A DNA stretch of 63,892 nt, the filler included, from Octopus bimaculoides (Eukaryota): the NCBI RefSeq assembly GCF_001194135.2. It is 5 parts of 5 records of this genome, joined end to end, with 100 filler letters (N's around TTAATTAATTAA, not from the genome) between each part and the next. Parts side by side here need not be neighbours in the genome. Positions count along the whole stretch, not along the records: positions 32,442 to 57,335 come from NC_068995.1; 4 more parts are not named here. One strand, 5' to 3'. Shown piece after piece: positions 39,562-52,911 of the stretch. The notes under the pieces were generated by a model. It did no database searches and was not told where the DNA came from. It worked only from the letters and a program-made list of their open reading frames with translations. Position numbers and translations under genes: made by a program. Every line of letters begins with the position of its first letter. The first letter of the stretch is position 1.

Positions 39562-39925
39562 TGGTTAGGGCAGCGGACTCGCGGTCATAGGATCGTGGTT
39601 TCGATTCCCAGACCGAGCGTTGTGAGTGTTTATTGAGTGAAAACACGTAAAGCCCCACTAGGCTCCGGCAAGGGTTGGTGGTGAACCCTGCTGTACTCTT
39701 TTACCACAACTTTCTCTCACTCTTACTTCCTGTTTCTGTTGTGCTTGAAATTCAAAGGGTCAGCCTTGTCACATTGTGTCACGCTGAATATCCCCGAGAA
39801 CTACGTTAAGGGTACACGTGTCTGTGGAGTGCTCAACCACTTGCACGTTAATTTCACGAGCAGGCTGTTCCATTGATCGGATCAACTGGAACCCTTGGCG
39901 TCGTAAGCGACGGAGTGCCAACAAC
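39562..39925 (+). mobile_element. SINE family B, slightly 5'-truncated
   Basis: Matches family B from ggttagggcagcggactcgcgg onward. Confidence 0.85.
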
Positions 39926-39985
39926 ATTTCAATCTATCATCAGTCTGTCTACTTATTACATTCACTCTGTCTGTGTACAAATGTA

Positions 39986-40620
39986 CCGGGTGGGATGGGT
40001 GAATTGTCAACATTTTATATTTTCAATTTCGCGCAAGCACATTGTCTTTGATTTTGTGGTCTACACAGGTCAGAAGGGTCAGTTCATTGTACAATCTATT
40101 CTGCCAGAAATTTGGAAACGACATGTTGTACGTCTTGGTATTCCCGCCAGTGGCTCCAATACGAATATTTCAGAGTTTTGGGGTGTCAGTCTAAGGACAG
40201 TACAATGTAAGGAGGTGTACCGAGTGAGATAACCAAATATCCAGTCAACATCATGGTGTTTGGAGTGATCACTAGTGATGACAACCACACAGTCACAGGT
40301 TCTACACGAGGCCTACATCAAGTGTCTGGAGGAGGTAGTGCTGCCCTCCATCAAGAGTGTGGATGCTGGAAAACCCTATGTCTATAAACAGGATTCTGCA
40401 CTATGTCACACATGCAGGAAACCAGTCATGGCTGTCAGACAATTTCTGCGGTCACATCACACTTAAAATCTAGCCATCTAACTATTCAGACTGCAATCCC
40501 CTTGATTATTATGTGTGGGGCACAGTTGAGTTAGAGACCAACAAAGCTACTTGTAATATTAAAGATGAATAGAAGACAAGGGTTATGGCAGCATTTACCA
40601 ACTTAAACAAAGATACATTT
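39986..40620 (+). mobile_element. Second DD37D/maT-like remnant
   Basis: TA|CCGGGTG end; PVNIMVFGVITS, KQDSALCHT, DCNPLDYYVWGTVE; homologous to 35872-36545. Confidence 0.75.
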
Positions 40621-42892
40621 TTCTTTTATGATTCTTCAGTAAATATAATGAGAGAAAATATTGGTACTATGTTTTTGTATATAGTGTGATTTTTGACTTT
40701 ACTAAATATGTACTTCACGTTAGTTCTTGTTTTAGTATTTCATATCTTGAAACATTTGGTATAATAGGGGGAAATTATGATTCATCATTTCCTTATACGA
40801 TTTTAAACAGGACAAAACAATTCCCATGCTATATTTCTAAATGCTAAATTACACAGTAGTGCCTCTTGACACGACATCAGTAACTACATTTATGTAAATA
40901 AAAACGACGTATCTACATTCGCTCTGACTAATACTATTTTAGATATCGCACAATGCTGAAACTCCCACAAGAAATGATAATCCAGTTGAATTTTTATACA
41001 TCCCTCACCTACCAGTAAAGAAACATCGAATATCGCCATGAACGGTGTAGATGATGAAAAAAAAAAATACGCTTCACATCTGTACCTTTTGAATTTTAGG
41101 TCTGCTTGACCTGAGATCATTAGATGATAATAATGCTAATAATAGATATTTTCGATGTTTTAACGGAAGTCGAAATTTTAGTATCAGAAATGAATTTCAA
41201 CATATCATGTGTAAACCTTAACCCAAACGCTAGTGTGAACACTATTGCTTTGCATAGGCACTAGCTTTTAGAGAACATCAGTTCGGAGCTACGGAAATAT
41301 ACGCAGTAATGTTTGAGTACCTTTTGGTATTGAAATAATTAAAGATGCAACATTTCGTTGCAAGATTTAGAAACTCATAATTAATTTCTACAGGTGCAAA
41401 TGATCACGCCGCTCTCTTTGTTTTAACTCATGGATATCTCATTACATATTTGCACGAGAAGAAATTCAATTTAGGAATTAGTCAGTAATATGCGTTCTGA
41501 CATTGAAACTAATTTCCGGAATTATACCAGGTAAAGTTTTCTGTATATTGTTAGTCATTGGAATATTTGGATATGAAATATATCATATTTTATCTGGAAA
41601 CACGCTATTGATTAGTGCCTCTTTATACTAATTAGAGGTGTTAACGTTAATCTTTTCATCATAAGATAATGTCACAAGATAATTATATGGTACATTTACT
41701 GATATTAGTAATTAAGTTTCATAGAATATTGCGTGTGTATATGTAACGATGCCTTATTGGGTACTTAGCAAATGAAATATATGTTCGTGTCTAAATTTAG
41801 TTAATGTCTAATGCAAAATGCAATGAGATCCAGTCGGTGGCCAGGTTGCTGTTGATACGACGAATACTTTGACAGCAAATAATAAAGGTTTTTTTTTTTA
41901 AAGTCAAGCTAACGATCTTTGAGTGTGCTTCACAGTTTAATGTGTGACTTATACTGCTATTATGAATATTTGAATAGTTACATTCTAAACACCTTTCATT
42001 CTTAAGTACATTTCACTGAGCAATTTTTTGAAATGTTTTCTTGGGTAAATTTATGAGAGGCGATACACGTTACACAAGACAAAGGGACTTTCGCCACAGA
42101 AACGATATCCTGTCAAGTTAGAAATTTTCTATACATGCTGCCTGAAAGAAGAACTTCAGGCTAATCGTATTCGTCTATACAGGCATTACCCCATGTGTCC
42201 ATATTTTTTTGTTTCTCTAATCCAAATCACTATTTAGATAGTTGATCAACAACCCAAGATGTGGTCTGCATGTAATTCATATAACCATTGCGAAAAGTAC
42301 TCAAATATTATTTGATCAGTATATGTGTTTTAATTAAAAGTTGCTAGTTAAAACTTCAAGTTTAAATTTGTATACGTTTTGTTCAAATTTCCTCGTCCAT
42401 AATCATCTAATTCTCATTAGACTATATAACACATTAAAAAAAGTGAGATAAATACATGTAAACGCAAAAGTGTGGAAAATAAGTCGTATATGTGTGTGCG
42501 TGATTAAGTGTATGTGCATGGGTGTACGTGTGCTTCTGAACGCATGGTACCTAGTGGTTAGGGTATTTCACTCACGACGGCAAGATCGTTGTTTCGATTT
42601 CTATGCCTAGCAATGAAACACTTCATTGCACTATGCTGTAGTTCACTAAGTTGTTTCTGGCTAAGCTGCAAAGGCCTGATGTTCTCTTCAGTCCGAATAA
42701 TGGCCCACTCAGCTAACAACAATGGTGTCATCACTCCAAATCTACGACAATATAAGGAAGCACAATGTGAGAAGCGGTGTATGTTAACATCCAATAGTTG
42801 GTCAATACAGTGATATGTACATATATATACATACTTACATACATACATGCATGCATATATATACATACATACATATATACATACAAACATAC

Positions 42893-42929
<37 letters not shown>

Positions 42930-43593
42930 NNNNNNNNNNNNNNNNNNNNNNNNNNNNNNNNNNNNNNNNNNNNNNNNNNNNNNNNNNNNNNNNNNNNNNN
43001 NNNNNNNNNNNNNNNNNNNNNNNNNNNNNNNNNNNNNNNNNNNNNNNNNNNNNNNNNNNNNNNNNNNNNNNNNNNNNNNNNNNNNNNNNNNNNNNNNNNN
43101 NNNNNNNNNNNNNNNNNNNNNNNNNNNNNNNNNNNNNNNNNNNNNNNNNNNNNNNNNNNNNNNNNNNNNNNNNNNNNNNNNNNNNNNNNNNNNNNNNNNN
43201 NNNNNNNNNNNNNNNNNNNNNNNNNNNNNNNNNNNNNNNNNNNNNNNNNNNNNNNNNNNNNNNNNNNNNNNNNNNNNNNNNNNNNNNNNNNNNNNNNNNN
43301 NNNNNNNNNNNNNNNNNNNNNNNNNNNNNNNNNNNNNNNNNNNNNNNNNNNNNNNNNNNNNNNNNNNNNNNNNNNNNNNNNNNNNNNNNNNNNNNNNNNN
43401 NNNNNNNNNNNNNNNNNNNNNNNNNNNNNNNNNNNNNNNNNNNNNNNNNNNNNNNNNNNNNNNNNNNNNNNNNNNNNNNNNNNNNNNNNNNNNNNNNNNN
43501 NNNNNNNNNNNNNNNNNNNNNNNNNNNNNNNNNNNNNNNNNNNNNNNNNNNNNNNNNNNNNNNNNNNNNNNNNNNNNNNNNNNNNNNNNNNNN

Positions 43594-43631
<38 letters not shown>

Positions 43632-45474
43632 CATGAGTATACGTCTATGTGTGTATATATGCCAGAAATATTTTAACGTACCTTTGTTTGTACTCGGGCT
43701 TCTGTTCGTGTCATGTTATTCGAAAATAAAGAAAGGAAAAAAAGATTTTTGGTGACTTAGAAGTATATTTTTTTTAACGATATTATCTAAATATCAACCA
43801 GAATCTGCAGTGAAAAGCTGTAAAATCCATTCTTACAATGAACACCTACAAAAACATAGATAGCTGAATATGAGAAGGAATGAAATAAACAAAGAAATTG
43901 GATTTTCTGAAATATTTTTATATAATATCATGACTGAGGTATAATAAACCGTTTTCTGTATGTGATAGGCAACCCATTTACTTTAAAACTGAATAGAGCA
44001 GTGAGATGAAGGCAAAATATTAAAATGTCCATATATGTTATGTTGTTTCCAGTAACTCAGCGTGTCTAGTATCGATAAAAGATGATATTTTTTTCTCTTT
44101 CATGTTATAGAAATCTACGAAATTCATTTTGATCAATATTATTTATATCTAAAAGCTATGTATAGAATATGTCACAGAAATGTAAAAACTGGTTTAAGTT
44201 TGTGTATGCTCAATTCTGAAACATTATTCTTGTATCTAAACAATTTAAAATTGAAGTACTAGATGTTCTAAAACCTAAAAATTATATACAATGGTATGAC
44301 TACTGTATCATTCATTAGAGATTCTGTCAATTTGCTCTGCTTTAGCATGTACTTTGCGCTTCAGTTTTATAGACATAAATCTCATATGTATGTTAATTTA
44401 TGGTAACCGGTAAATCCCGTGGATGTCTTTATCCAAACTTTAACAATTACAGATTTCTTCTACCAACACAAAATATCAGTGGGCTTTAATCCCATTGCAT
44501 TAAAAATTATGTTCTTTCAATATATTATCAATCTTTGAATCATAACAAGTTCCGTTAATATATAACTCCTAATTTAAGTAGTGACAAGTTCCTTTTCTCA
44601 TTTGCTTTCTGTAGGCCATCCCATATCATAAATGCATATTGTCTGCATGCCAATAGTTTCTATAAAATATCTTCAGTGTGATCATTATCCGATTGAAATG
44701 TCATCTTATGTCTTTCAATAATTCCAAGTAATGTTTTTTCATTCGCACTAATGAAGGAAAGTTACCTCCATATACATTTGCAGTGTATCGGAGACGAAAA
44801 ACAAAATGGCAGTTGTATAGTTTCATACCCCCAAAGGCTTTCGTTTAGAAACTTTAACATTTCTTGAAACAATGCTATGCCCTCGTTCTACATAACTGAA
44901 GTAAGAAATTACCTGACAGTTTAATACTGCATGTCGTATATGTGCTTTACAAAACAAAATTATGTGCTAAATAGAGCTATACACTGATATTAACCACATG
45001 CCGAGAAGGGCACTTAGATATAAAGTATACGCGGGAAATGCATGTATATATTGATATCTCTACGCATTAGATATATGGAGTACCCAGAATCGGATAATCT
45101 AGTACCTAAGTTTTGAACGCTTCAAATGCGTTTTTTATTTGAAATTTCATTAGTCTTCTTCAGTTAGATTTACCTGCACAATATTTCAAATCTTGCTACA
45201 TTTTTGAAATCTAAATAATTTTAGAGTCGAATAAATTAAACCTAAAATACATAAATTATATAATATATATCAAAGAGGCTAAAATACTATAAATTGATAT
45301 ATTTACGTTAAATAAATTAATTAAAATATTTATATTATTTATCTTATAAAAATCATAGTACCATTTAATTATTAATTTATAAAGTTCACTAAAAAATATT
45401 TACGTACTAATTAATACACACTTAATAATTACAAATTATAACTATTACAATTAGCAAAATCGGATTTCTATCTA

Positions 45475-45525
<51 letters not shown>

Positions 45526-45628
45526 NNNNNNNNNNNNNNNNNNNNNNNNNNNNNNNNNNNNNNNNNNNNNNNNNNNNNNNNNNNNNNNNNNNNNNNNNNN
45601 NNNNNNNNNNNTATATATATATATATAT

Positions 45629-45664
<36 letters not shown>

Positions 45665-45665
<1 letters not shown>

Positions 45666-46030
45666 AATCGGTTAGGACAACGAGAGTTCCAGTTGATCTG
45701 ATCAACGGAAGTGCCTGCTCGTGAAATTAACATGCAAGTGACTGAGCACTCTACAGACACGTATATTTTTAACGTAGTTCTCGGGCAGATTCAGCGTCAC
45801 AGAGAGTGTAACAAAGCGGCCCCTTTGAAATATATATACAAGAGAAACAGGAAGAAAGAGTGAGAGAAAGTTTTGGTGAAATAGCTTGAACCACTCCGTA
45901 CCGGAGCACCGTGGAAAGTTTAGGTGTTTTCGGTCAATAAACTCTCATAATGCCCGGTTTCGGAATGGAAACTGCGATCCTACCACCGCAAGTCCGCTGC
46001 TCTAACCACTGTGACATTACGCCTCCATAT
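45665..46030 (-). mobile_element. Diverged SINE family B
   Basis: Recognisable but mutated head and tail. Confidence 0.7.
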
Positions 46031-48054
46031 ATCCATAAACACTTTTTGCTTTTGCTACGTAAATTATATTGTATTCATGCAAAACTTATTTATCCTCAAA
46101 ACGTCGTTTCAATATGTATAATGTTCATAAGATTCTGAAACGAACAATGAATTGAGGTAAATTAAAACAAACCTATATATTAAGCAAAATATGCATTATA
46201 TATACCATATATACTGGACATCAAGCAAAATATAGCAGATGTAAAATATTTTACACTATTTGAAGACAACTTAATACAATTGTCAAATGTTTGTGTTAGC
46301 TTACAGCCGCGTTGTAAATAAGATTTGGTGAGAACTGCACTGAACATAATAACTTTTGATAACAGCCTCTTCTCTTCTCTTCCTATATGTTGTTGTCTGC
46401 ATAACTTTAACAGAAGTATCCGATAACTTTAGAAGTCTCGGAAATGTCTCGGAATGTTGACAGCGATAAATATATTATTACTTTAGTGAATGTCTGCATG
46501 GGTACTTTCTAATAGAATATGATCAACACAGCGGCAACTGCACCATTTCTATTCTAAATCACAATCTTGTGAAAATGTATGCCATGTTGAATCTGTGTAT
46601 CAAAGTGACTTGTCTAATGGGTTTACAAGTTATAACCAAAGTTTTAAAAGTTTTTATGAAGATAAAAATCTCAGTGAATGATTCAAGTGCAAGGTTTCTA
46701 TTCATTTGATACAATGTGCAAAAACATGACGGTTGTTCAAATTTTTCGACCAAAGACTTGCAATAAGATTTTCGATTTTTTGAATGATTTCAACACTTAA
46801 AAGTAAATGACCTTCAATTAATATTATTTTTTTCTGTACTGAATTTTTTTCGTGAATCACATAGAGAAAGTATTATTTCTTCGTTGAATTTCAGTGAGAT
46901 TCCTAAGTTTAGGAGCAACAAAAAGAGATGTAATAGTTTGTTTCATCACTAAACATCAATGAATACTATTGAGCTATGTTTCTATATACTACTCAATACA
47001 CATCATATCACAATCACATTGATGTCAGCAAACAACCGATTTCTTACTGACCCAGCTACGCACGTATTTACACCCCCCCCACACACACACACAGAAACGC
47101 ACACTGAATATGTTACTATATGTTAATCGCAGGAGGAAAACCTCTTTTCCAACTGGTTAACCAAAGACAACCTGTGTCCCATATATTGGGAGTAATATAT
47201 CAGACACAAGTTTGGAACAGCCGGGCCTAACTGGCAACTGATATTACTTTTGAGTATTGTTACTACTTGCATCTCTTACAGAGAATTTAGATCTAGCTGT
47301 CATTGGGAATCATTGGGAATAGAAGACTAGCTTTTGTAATGTGATGCACATTTAAAAAAATTTGAAACCTTCTTTGCTAAGAATTCGAAAATTGTTGAAT
47401 TTCTGCACTTCATTAGCTTACGTAGGTCTACTGGCCTCATGCAGAACAATAACTGTTGACTTGAGCACTGTCAGTCAAAAATCCTAATGTTACTCATTCA
47501 CACCGTAACTGAACTCCCACTGTGTACAGAGAGTATAAAAGCTGCTGAAATCCAGCAATCATTGAATTGTTGGAACAGAAATATAAAGTCTTGAATGGAA
47601 TTTGTGAAACCTGTGTCATTTTACACATACATACATGTACAAACATGTATGTGCGAGTGTGTGCGCGCGCGTGTGCGTATGTATGAATACACGCACACAT
47701 ATATATACATATACATATATATATATATATATATACATNNNNNNNNNNNNNNNNNNNNNNNNNNNNNNNNNNNNNNNNNNNNNNNNNNNNNNNNNNNNNN
47801 NNNNNNNNNNNNNNNNNNNNNNNNNNNNNNNNNNNNNNNNNNNNNNNNNNNNNNNNNNNNNNNNNNNNNNNNNNNNNNNNNNNNNNNNNNNNNNNNNNNN
47901 NNNNNNNNNNNNNNNNNNNNNNNNNNNNNNNNNNNNNNNNNNNNNNNNNNNNNNNNNNNNNNNNNNNNNNNNNNNNNNNNNNNNNNNNNNNNNNNNNNNN
48001 NNNNNNNNNNNNNNNNNNNNNNNNNNNNNNNNNNNNNNNNNNNNNNNNNNNNNN

Positions 48055-48089
<35 letters not shown>

Positions 48090-48092
<3 letters not shown>

Positions 48093-48510
48093 TTTTACTT
48101 GTTTCAATCATTTCATTGCGGCCGTGCTGGAACACCGCCTTTAGTCGAACAAGTGGACACCGGGACTTATTGTTTGTGAGCCTGGTACATATTATATCGA
48201 TATCTTTTGCTGAACTGCTAGGTTACGGGGGCGTAAACAATACAACATCAGTTGTCTAGCGACAACTGACACCAACATACTTATATATATACATACATAT
48301 ATATATACATACATATATATATATACATACATATATATACATATATATATATATATATACATATATATACATACATATATGTACGACGGGCTACTTTCAG
48401 TTTCCGTCTACCAAATCCACCCGAGGCTATTCTAGAAGACACTTGCCCAAGGACTGAACCCAGAACCATGTGGTTGGTAAGCGACCTACTTAAAACACAG
48501 CCACTCATGC
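48090..48510 (-). mobile_element. SINE family A
   Basis: Diverged copy with the family A tail and head. Confidence 0.75.
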
Positions 48511-49273
48511 ACCTATATATGTATGTGTGTATGTATGTATGCATGCATAAGAGATGCTCATGTGTACAAGTTCACAAACGAATATGACGACGTAATTGAT
48601 TATTAACTGTACGCAAATTCAGAAATTGTAAAAGAATAATAAACTACTTATTTATGCTAAGTATATTTGTACGTTTTATGAATAGAAAATGTACTTCATC
48701 GCCTAACTAGTGATTATATGTGCCAAGCACTTCTTTACTTAGCAGTACAAATAAAAATCATAACTGATATTTTCTTTTTCTTAGTATTATTTCTAATTTT
48801 AGAGAAACGTAGTCTCCAAACTATGTACATAATATCATCTTCTATAATACAGGCAAACAGCTATTATTCATATCCAAACAACTTCGTACAAAAACCTTGA
48901 ATATCTAAGGAAGCCTAATATTCGACGGCAAAAAAACAGAACGCACTTCATAACTTCCCAATTTATATTAACCGCATATTTCTATTCCAGGAAATATCTA
49001 AACTAGTTACGTTATTCCATATTTTAGTAAACATTTTGGAAGCTGACATGAAGTAGATGACATAATAACTGCATTCAATATTTGGCAATGTGAATATAAT
49101 CAATTTCTGACTTGGTTGTATATTCGGTTGTGATTTTGATGAAAAAATGCCAATTATAGAGTCACAAATATATTAGAAACCACACAAAAGAAACTGAATG
49201 TGTTTTCTTATTGTCAAGACGCGTTTGGCGCCGTAATATGTTGTATATAGTCTGTGCATTTAATTACGAAGTA

Positions 49274-50388
49274 TGGGGATGGGCTGAAAAGTTCATAGGT
49301 TGACTATAAAAGATTGATGCTAGAACTGCGAAATCTTGCATGCATGAATTTCATACGTTCTCATTAATAACTGCATCGTTACATTCCAGCTTGACTGACA
49401 TCTAACTGTTCGAAGATTTCAGAAATAGCTAGAAGAGATTTTCTTCAAAATGGACAAAATTTGGAATCGTGGTGTTATCAAGTACGTGGAGCAAAAGAGC
49501 TTATCTCCCAAGCACATTCATGCTGATATGGTTCCTACATTAATGTTCAAATGTCCTGTAACTGCCACCACCGAGGAAAATATTCAATGATTTTACCACA
49601 TGGTGATAGACGAAAGGCGATTCACTATATATCAAATAGCCAATGTTATTAGCACATCCCGTGAGGGAATTGAGAATATTCTGCATAATGAACGTAGTAG
49701 CATGATGAATTCTAATACAAATTTCAAAAGAGAAACAGGTTAATCACATCACGGAAAAATTTGGCATTGTTTCAAGCAGATGCAACCCGGATTCTTGAAT
49801 GTTTTCCAGCCAGAGACAAAGTGACAATGCCCGCAGTTGAAACAGCTCTCCTCGCCTGTTCTCGCGAACGTCACGTTCGTTTCATATACAAGGTATGCAA
49901 TGGCCTAGGTACTTTTGGCGAGGTTGGGTTCACTAGGCATGTTGTGTCTCATGACCCACACCATCAATGGAGAGTACTATGCCATCTTTCTCAAGCAGTT
50001 ACGAGATGATGCCATGATTAAATATCAGGAAAATTGAAGAAAGGTGTCTAGTCACATCAGGACAATGCTCCAGCACACAAGCCCTCGGTTTTATTGGATG
50101 CAGTGCGTGACTGTGGCTTTGAACTGGTTTATCAGCTCCCTATTCTTCTGATTCGGCTTCATCTGACCATCATCTGGAATACACAGTTTCTCCGTGAAGA
50201 TGACGTCATATTAGCTATTGATATTTTGTGACAAGAGGAACGTTTCTTTCACAAGGAGATCCTAGCACTGCAGCACCGATGGAAGAAGTGTGTGGGCTGC
50301 ATAGGGGATTGTGTTGAAAAATAAAACTCATTTAGTCACATTTCATGAATGTATATTGGTCGTCCAATGGACATTCTGTCATCCCTCG
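49274..50388 (+). mobile_element. Near full-length decayed mariner element
   Basis: Degenerate TIRs flanked by TA at 49272 and 50389; remnants MDKIWNRGVIKY, HQDNAPAHK, DCGFELV.QLPYS, QHRWKKCV. Confidence 0.85.
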
Positions 50389-51109
50389 TACGAAAGTGGA
50401 AATTAATATTAGAATATAAATTCCCCTTTGGAAATCGTGAATATTCTCTCGAACGATTTCTTATATACTTTTTAGTGAAACTACTGCAACATACCTTCAG
50501 TGTACTTTTTAAATCATAAGTGAGACTTCAACAAATAACAATGATATTTTCCGGCATTGCTAATGAAGTAGAGCAGTCGTTATTTTCTTATTGATCTCCT
50601 TCGGGGACTTGTAAATAATACATAATGTCTATTCTTGGAGTACCTAAAATTGCCAAAAGATACAAAACGACCAATGTTTCCTGCTATTTTTTTCTTTTAA
50701 TAGACACTAATTTACGTGCTGTTTATAAATATATTCGCTGTCATTTACCTGGAATTGGAATGTTTAGTGATTTGTAAACAGAAAGGAAGAAAACGGGTGC
50801 CAACATATTTAGAAGCAATTTTAGAGCTTTTGATATAAAAGAAAATAGTATACTTAAATCCTCGTCACATTTTCAAACTTATTTACAGTTGTAGGAGAAA
50901 GGAAAATACATTCCAGAAGCACGCAAGCTGCAAACCTTTCCCAATTTCATAGAGATATAATATTTATTCATAACTTAATAAACATAAAAGTTTCAAGTTT
51001 TTCCAGATTCTTCGGTAATTTTCCATTAAATCTAATAGTATACACCGTGGATTACCAGGTTACTACTACTACTACTACTAATACTACTACTACCACCACC
51101 ACCACCACC

Positions 51110-51145
<36 letters not shown>

Positions 51146-51147
51146 GT

Positions 51148-51390
51148 GGAGGCGCGTGGCTTAGCGGTTATAGTGCCAGCATCATGATGGTAAGGTTGTG
51201 GTTTCGATTCCTTGACCGGACGACGCGTTGTGTTCTTGAGCAAAATACTTCATTTCACGTTACTCCAGTCCACTCAGCTGGCAAAAAATGAGTAACGCTG
51301 CGATGGACTGGCGTCCCGTCCAGCTGCGGAACACATACGCCATTGAAACCGGGAAACCGGACCCATGAGCCTGGATAGGATTTAAAAGAG
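51148..51390 (+). mobile_element. SINE, head 2 (CORE-like middle) + tail 2
   Basis: tgtgttcttgagcaaaatacttcatttcacgttactccagtccactcagctggcaaaaaatgagta followed by acgctgcgatggactggcgtcccgtccagctg tail. Confidence 0.8.
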
Positions 51391-51394
51391 TGAA

Positions 51395-51720
51395 GGAGGC
51401 GCAATGGCCCAGTGTTTAGGGCAGCGGACTCGCGGTCGGTGTGTCGTGGTTTCGATTCCATGACCGGGCTTTGTGTGTGTGCTTATTGAGCGAAAACACC
51501 TAAAGCTCCACGAGGCTCCAGCATGGGGTGGTGGCGACCCCTGTTGTACTCTTTCGCCCACAACATTCTCTCACTCTTTCTTCCTGTTTCTTGAGTAACG
51601 CTGCGATGGACTGGCGTCCGTCCCGCTGATGGGAGTGGGGGGCACATACGCCATAGAAACCGGGAATCCGGGCCCAAGAGCCTGACTAGGCTTTAAAAGG
51701 GCGCATAAATAAATAAAAAT
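51395..51720 (+). mobile_element. SINE, head 1 + tail 2
   Basis: Family B head up to ttcctgtttct, then gagtaacgctgcgatggactgg tail. Confidence 0.8.
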
Positions 51721-51784
51721 ACTACTACTACTACTATTACTACTACTATTACTACTACTATTACTACTACTGCTGTTTCTGCAG

Positions 51785-51850
<66 letters not shown>

Positions 51851-52484
51851 TTAATCACCAAAATAAAGAATCTGTTCTCAGCCTCATAGAATTTTCATGT
51901 CTTTTTTATGAAGTTTCCACAATAATTATATTTACGTTTCTTCGTATTCAAACTTATAAGATATGTTAGCAAAAAATTCTTTGCTCATTCATAGGAAGAC
52001 AAATAACATTACCGTCGTTATAAATTGCTAATCCTGTTGTTTACATATATATTGCATTTATGACAATTTCTTCACAAATTATATAAGCTTATACTATTGT
52101 TTTCTTACAAAGCGGCCTTTTCGATTAGTATCTACTATTCGGAAATGAAATCTTTGACACTCTTTGTGTGTCTTTTAGCAAAGTAGAATCGCTGCTAAAT
52201 AAATGCTGAATGCTTACGAACTTCATATAGGAGAGTTTAGCCTGCCGGAGTCATACCATTGATGCATTTCCTTTCTCATGATTCGAAGACAGATTTTTGT
52301 ATTAATGATACTCTTAGAAATTCCATTATTTACATAATGTTGTTTTAAGACCCCCGCACCGCGTTGCTCACGCTTCAAAAGACATTAGAGTATCAAATGA
52401 TTCCATTGGAATAAAGCTGAGGTCTTGCGCTGAAAACTACATTTCGGCAGAGAAATTCCAAGGTAATAACTCAGCCTTACTTAC

Positions 52485-52556
52485 CAGAAAATACCAAGCA
52501 AAAATTTAAAAGAAAAGGAAAAAAAAAAAAAAAAGAAAAGCATCTATTATCGCCAT
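52485..52556 (-). CDS. Candidate first (signal-peptide) coding exon
   Basis: Strong donor CTG|gtaagt. ATGs at 52556 and 52543. A signal-peptide-like phase-1 reading (...PFLLNFCLVFS-G) needs the 16-nt homopolymer to be 15 or 17 nt; as assembled only a phase-2 reading MLFFFFFFSFSFKFLLGIF is open. Confidence 0.35.
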
Positions 52557-52722
52557 ATAGAAGAAACAGGGGCCTTGAAGTGATTATCGCCGAAGGGAGA
52601 GCAGAATAGTGGGTAGAGAAGAGGGTAGTAAATCAAGAATGTAATATATGGACAATATCACAAGCTGATTTCAGAAAAGTGGCGAGGCTAGCCAGAGAAC
52701 GCACGCCGAATGGAGAAGGTTG

Positions 52723-52730
52723 CTTTTATA
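52723..52730 (-). promoter_or_regulatory. TATA box candidate (TATAAAAG)
   Basis: Consensus TATAAAAG on minus strand ~175 nt upstream of the candidate ATG, followed by a GC-richer leader. Confidence 0.3.
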
Positions 52731-52793
52731 GTGTCATCAGTACGTTCAAGGTTGTAGGATACGTGATGAATCAATAGGTAAAACATGAGACAG

Positions 52794-52911
52794 TACGAAA
52801 TTCATAATTAAATACAAATTCATAATTAAATACAAATTCATTATTAAATACGAAATTCATAATTAAATACAAATTCATTATTAAATACGAAATTCATAAT
52901 TAAATACAAAT
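52794..52911. repeat. 17/18-bp minisatellite (AAATTCATAATTAAATAC[G])n
   Basis: About six tandem units at the end of the PLE fragment. Confidence 0.9.

Larger units (their letters stand above)
51060..51850. repeat. (TAC)n microsatellite split by two SINEs
   Basis: (TAC)n at 51060-51146 and 51720-51850. Confidence 0.85.

Noticed and set aside
44560-44900. Several splice-like signals and short open frames on both strands
   Set aside because: No consistent exon with good acceptor, donor and open frame.
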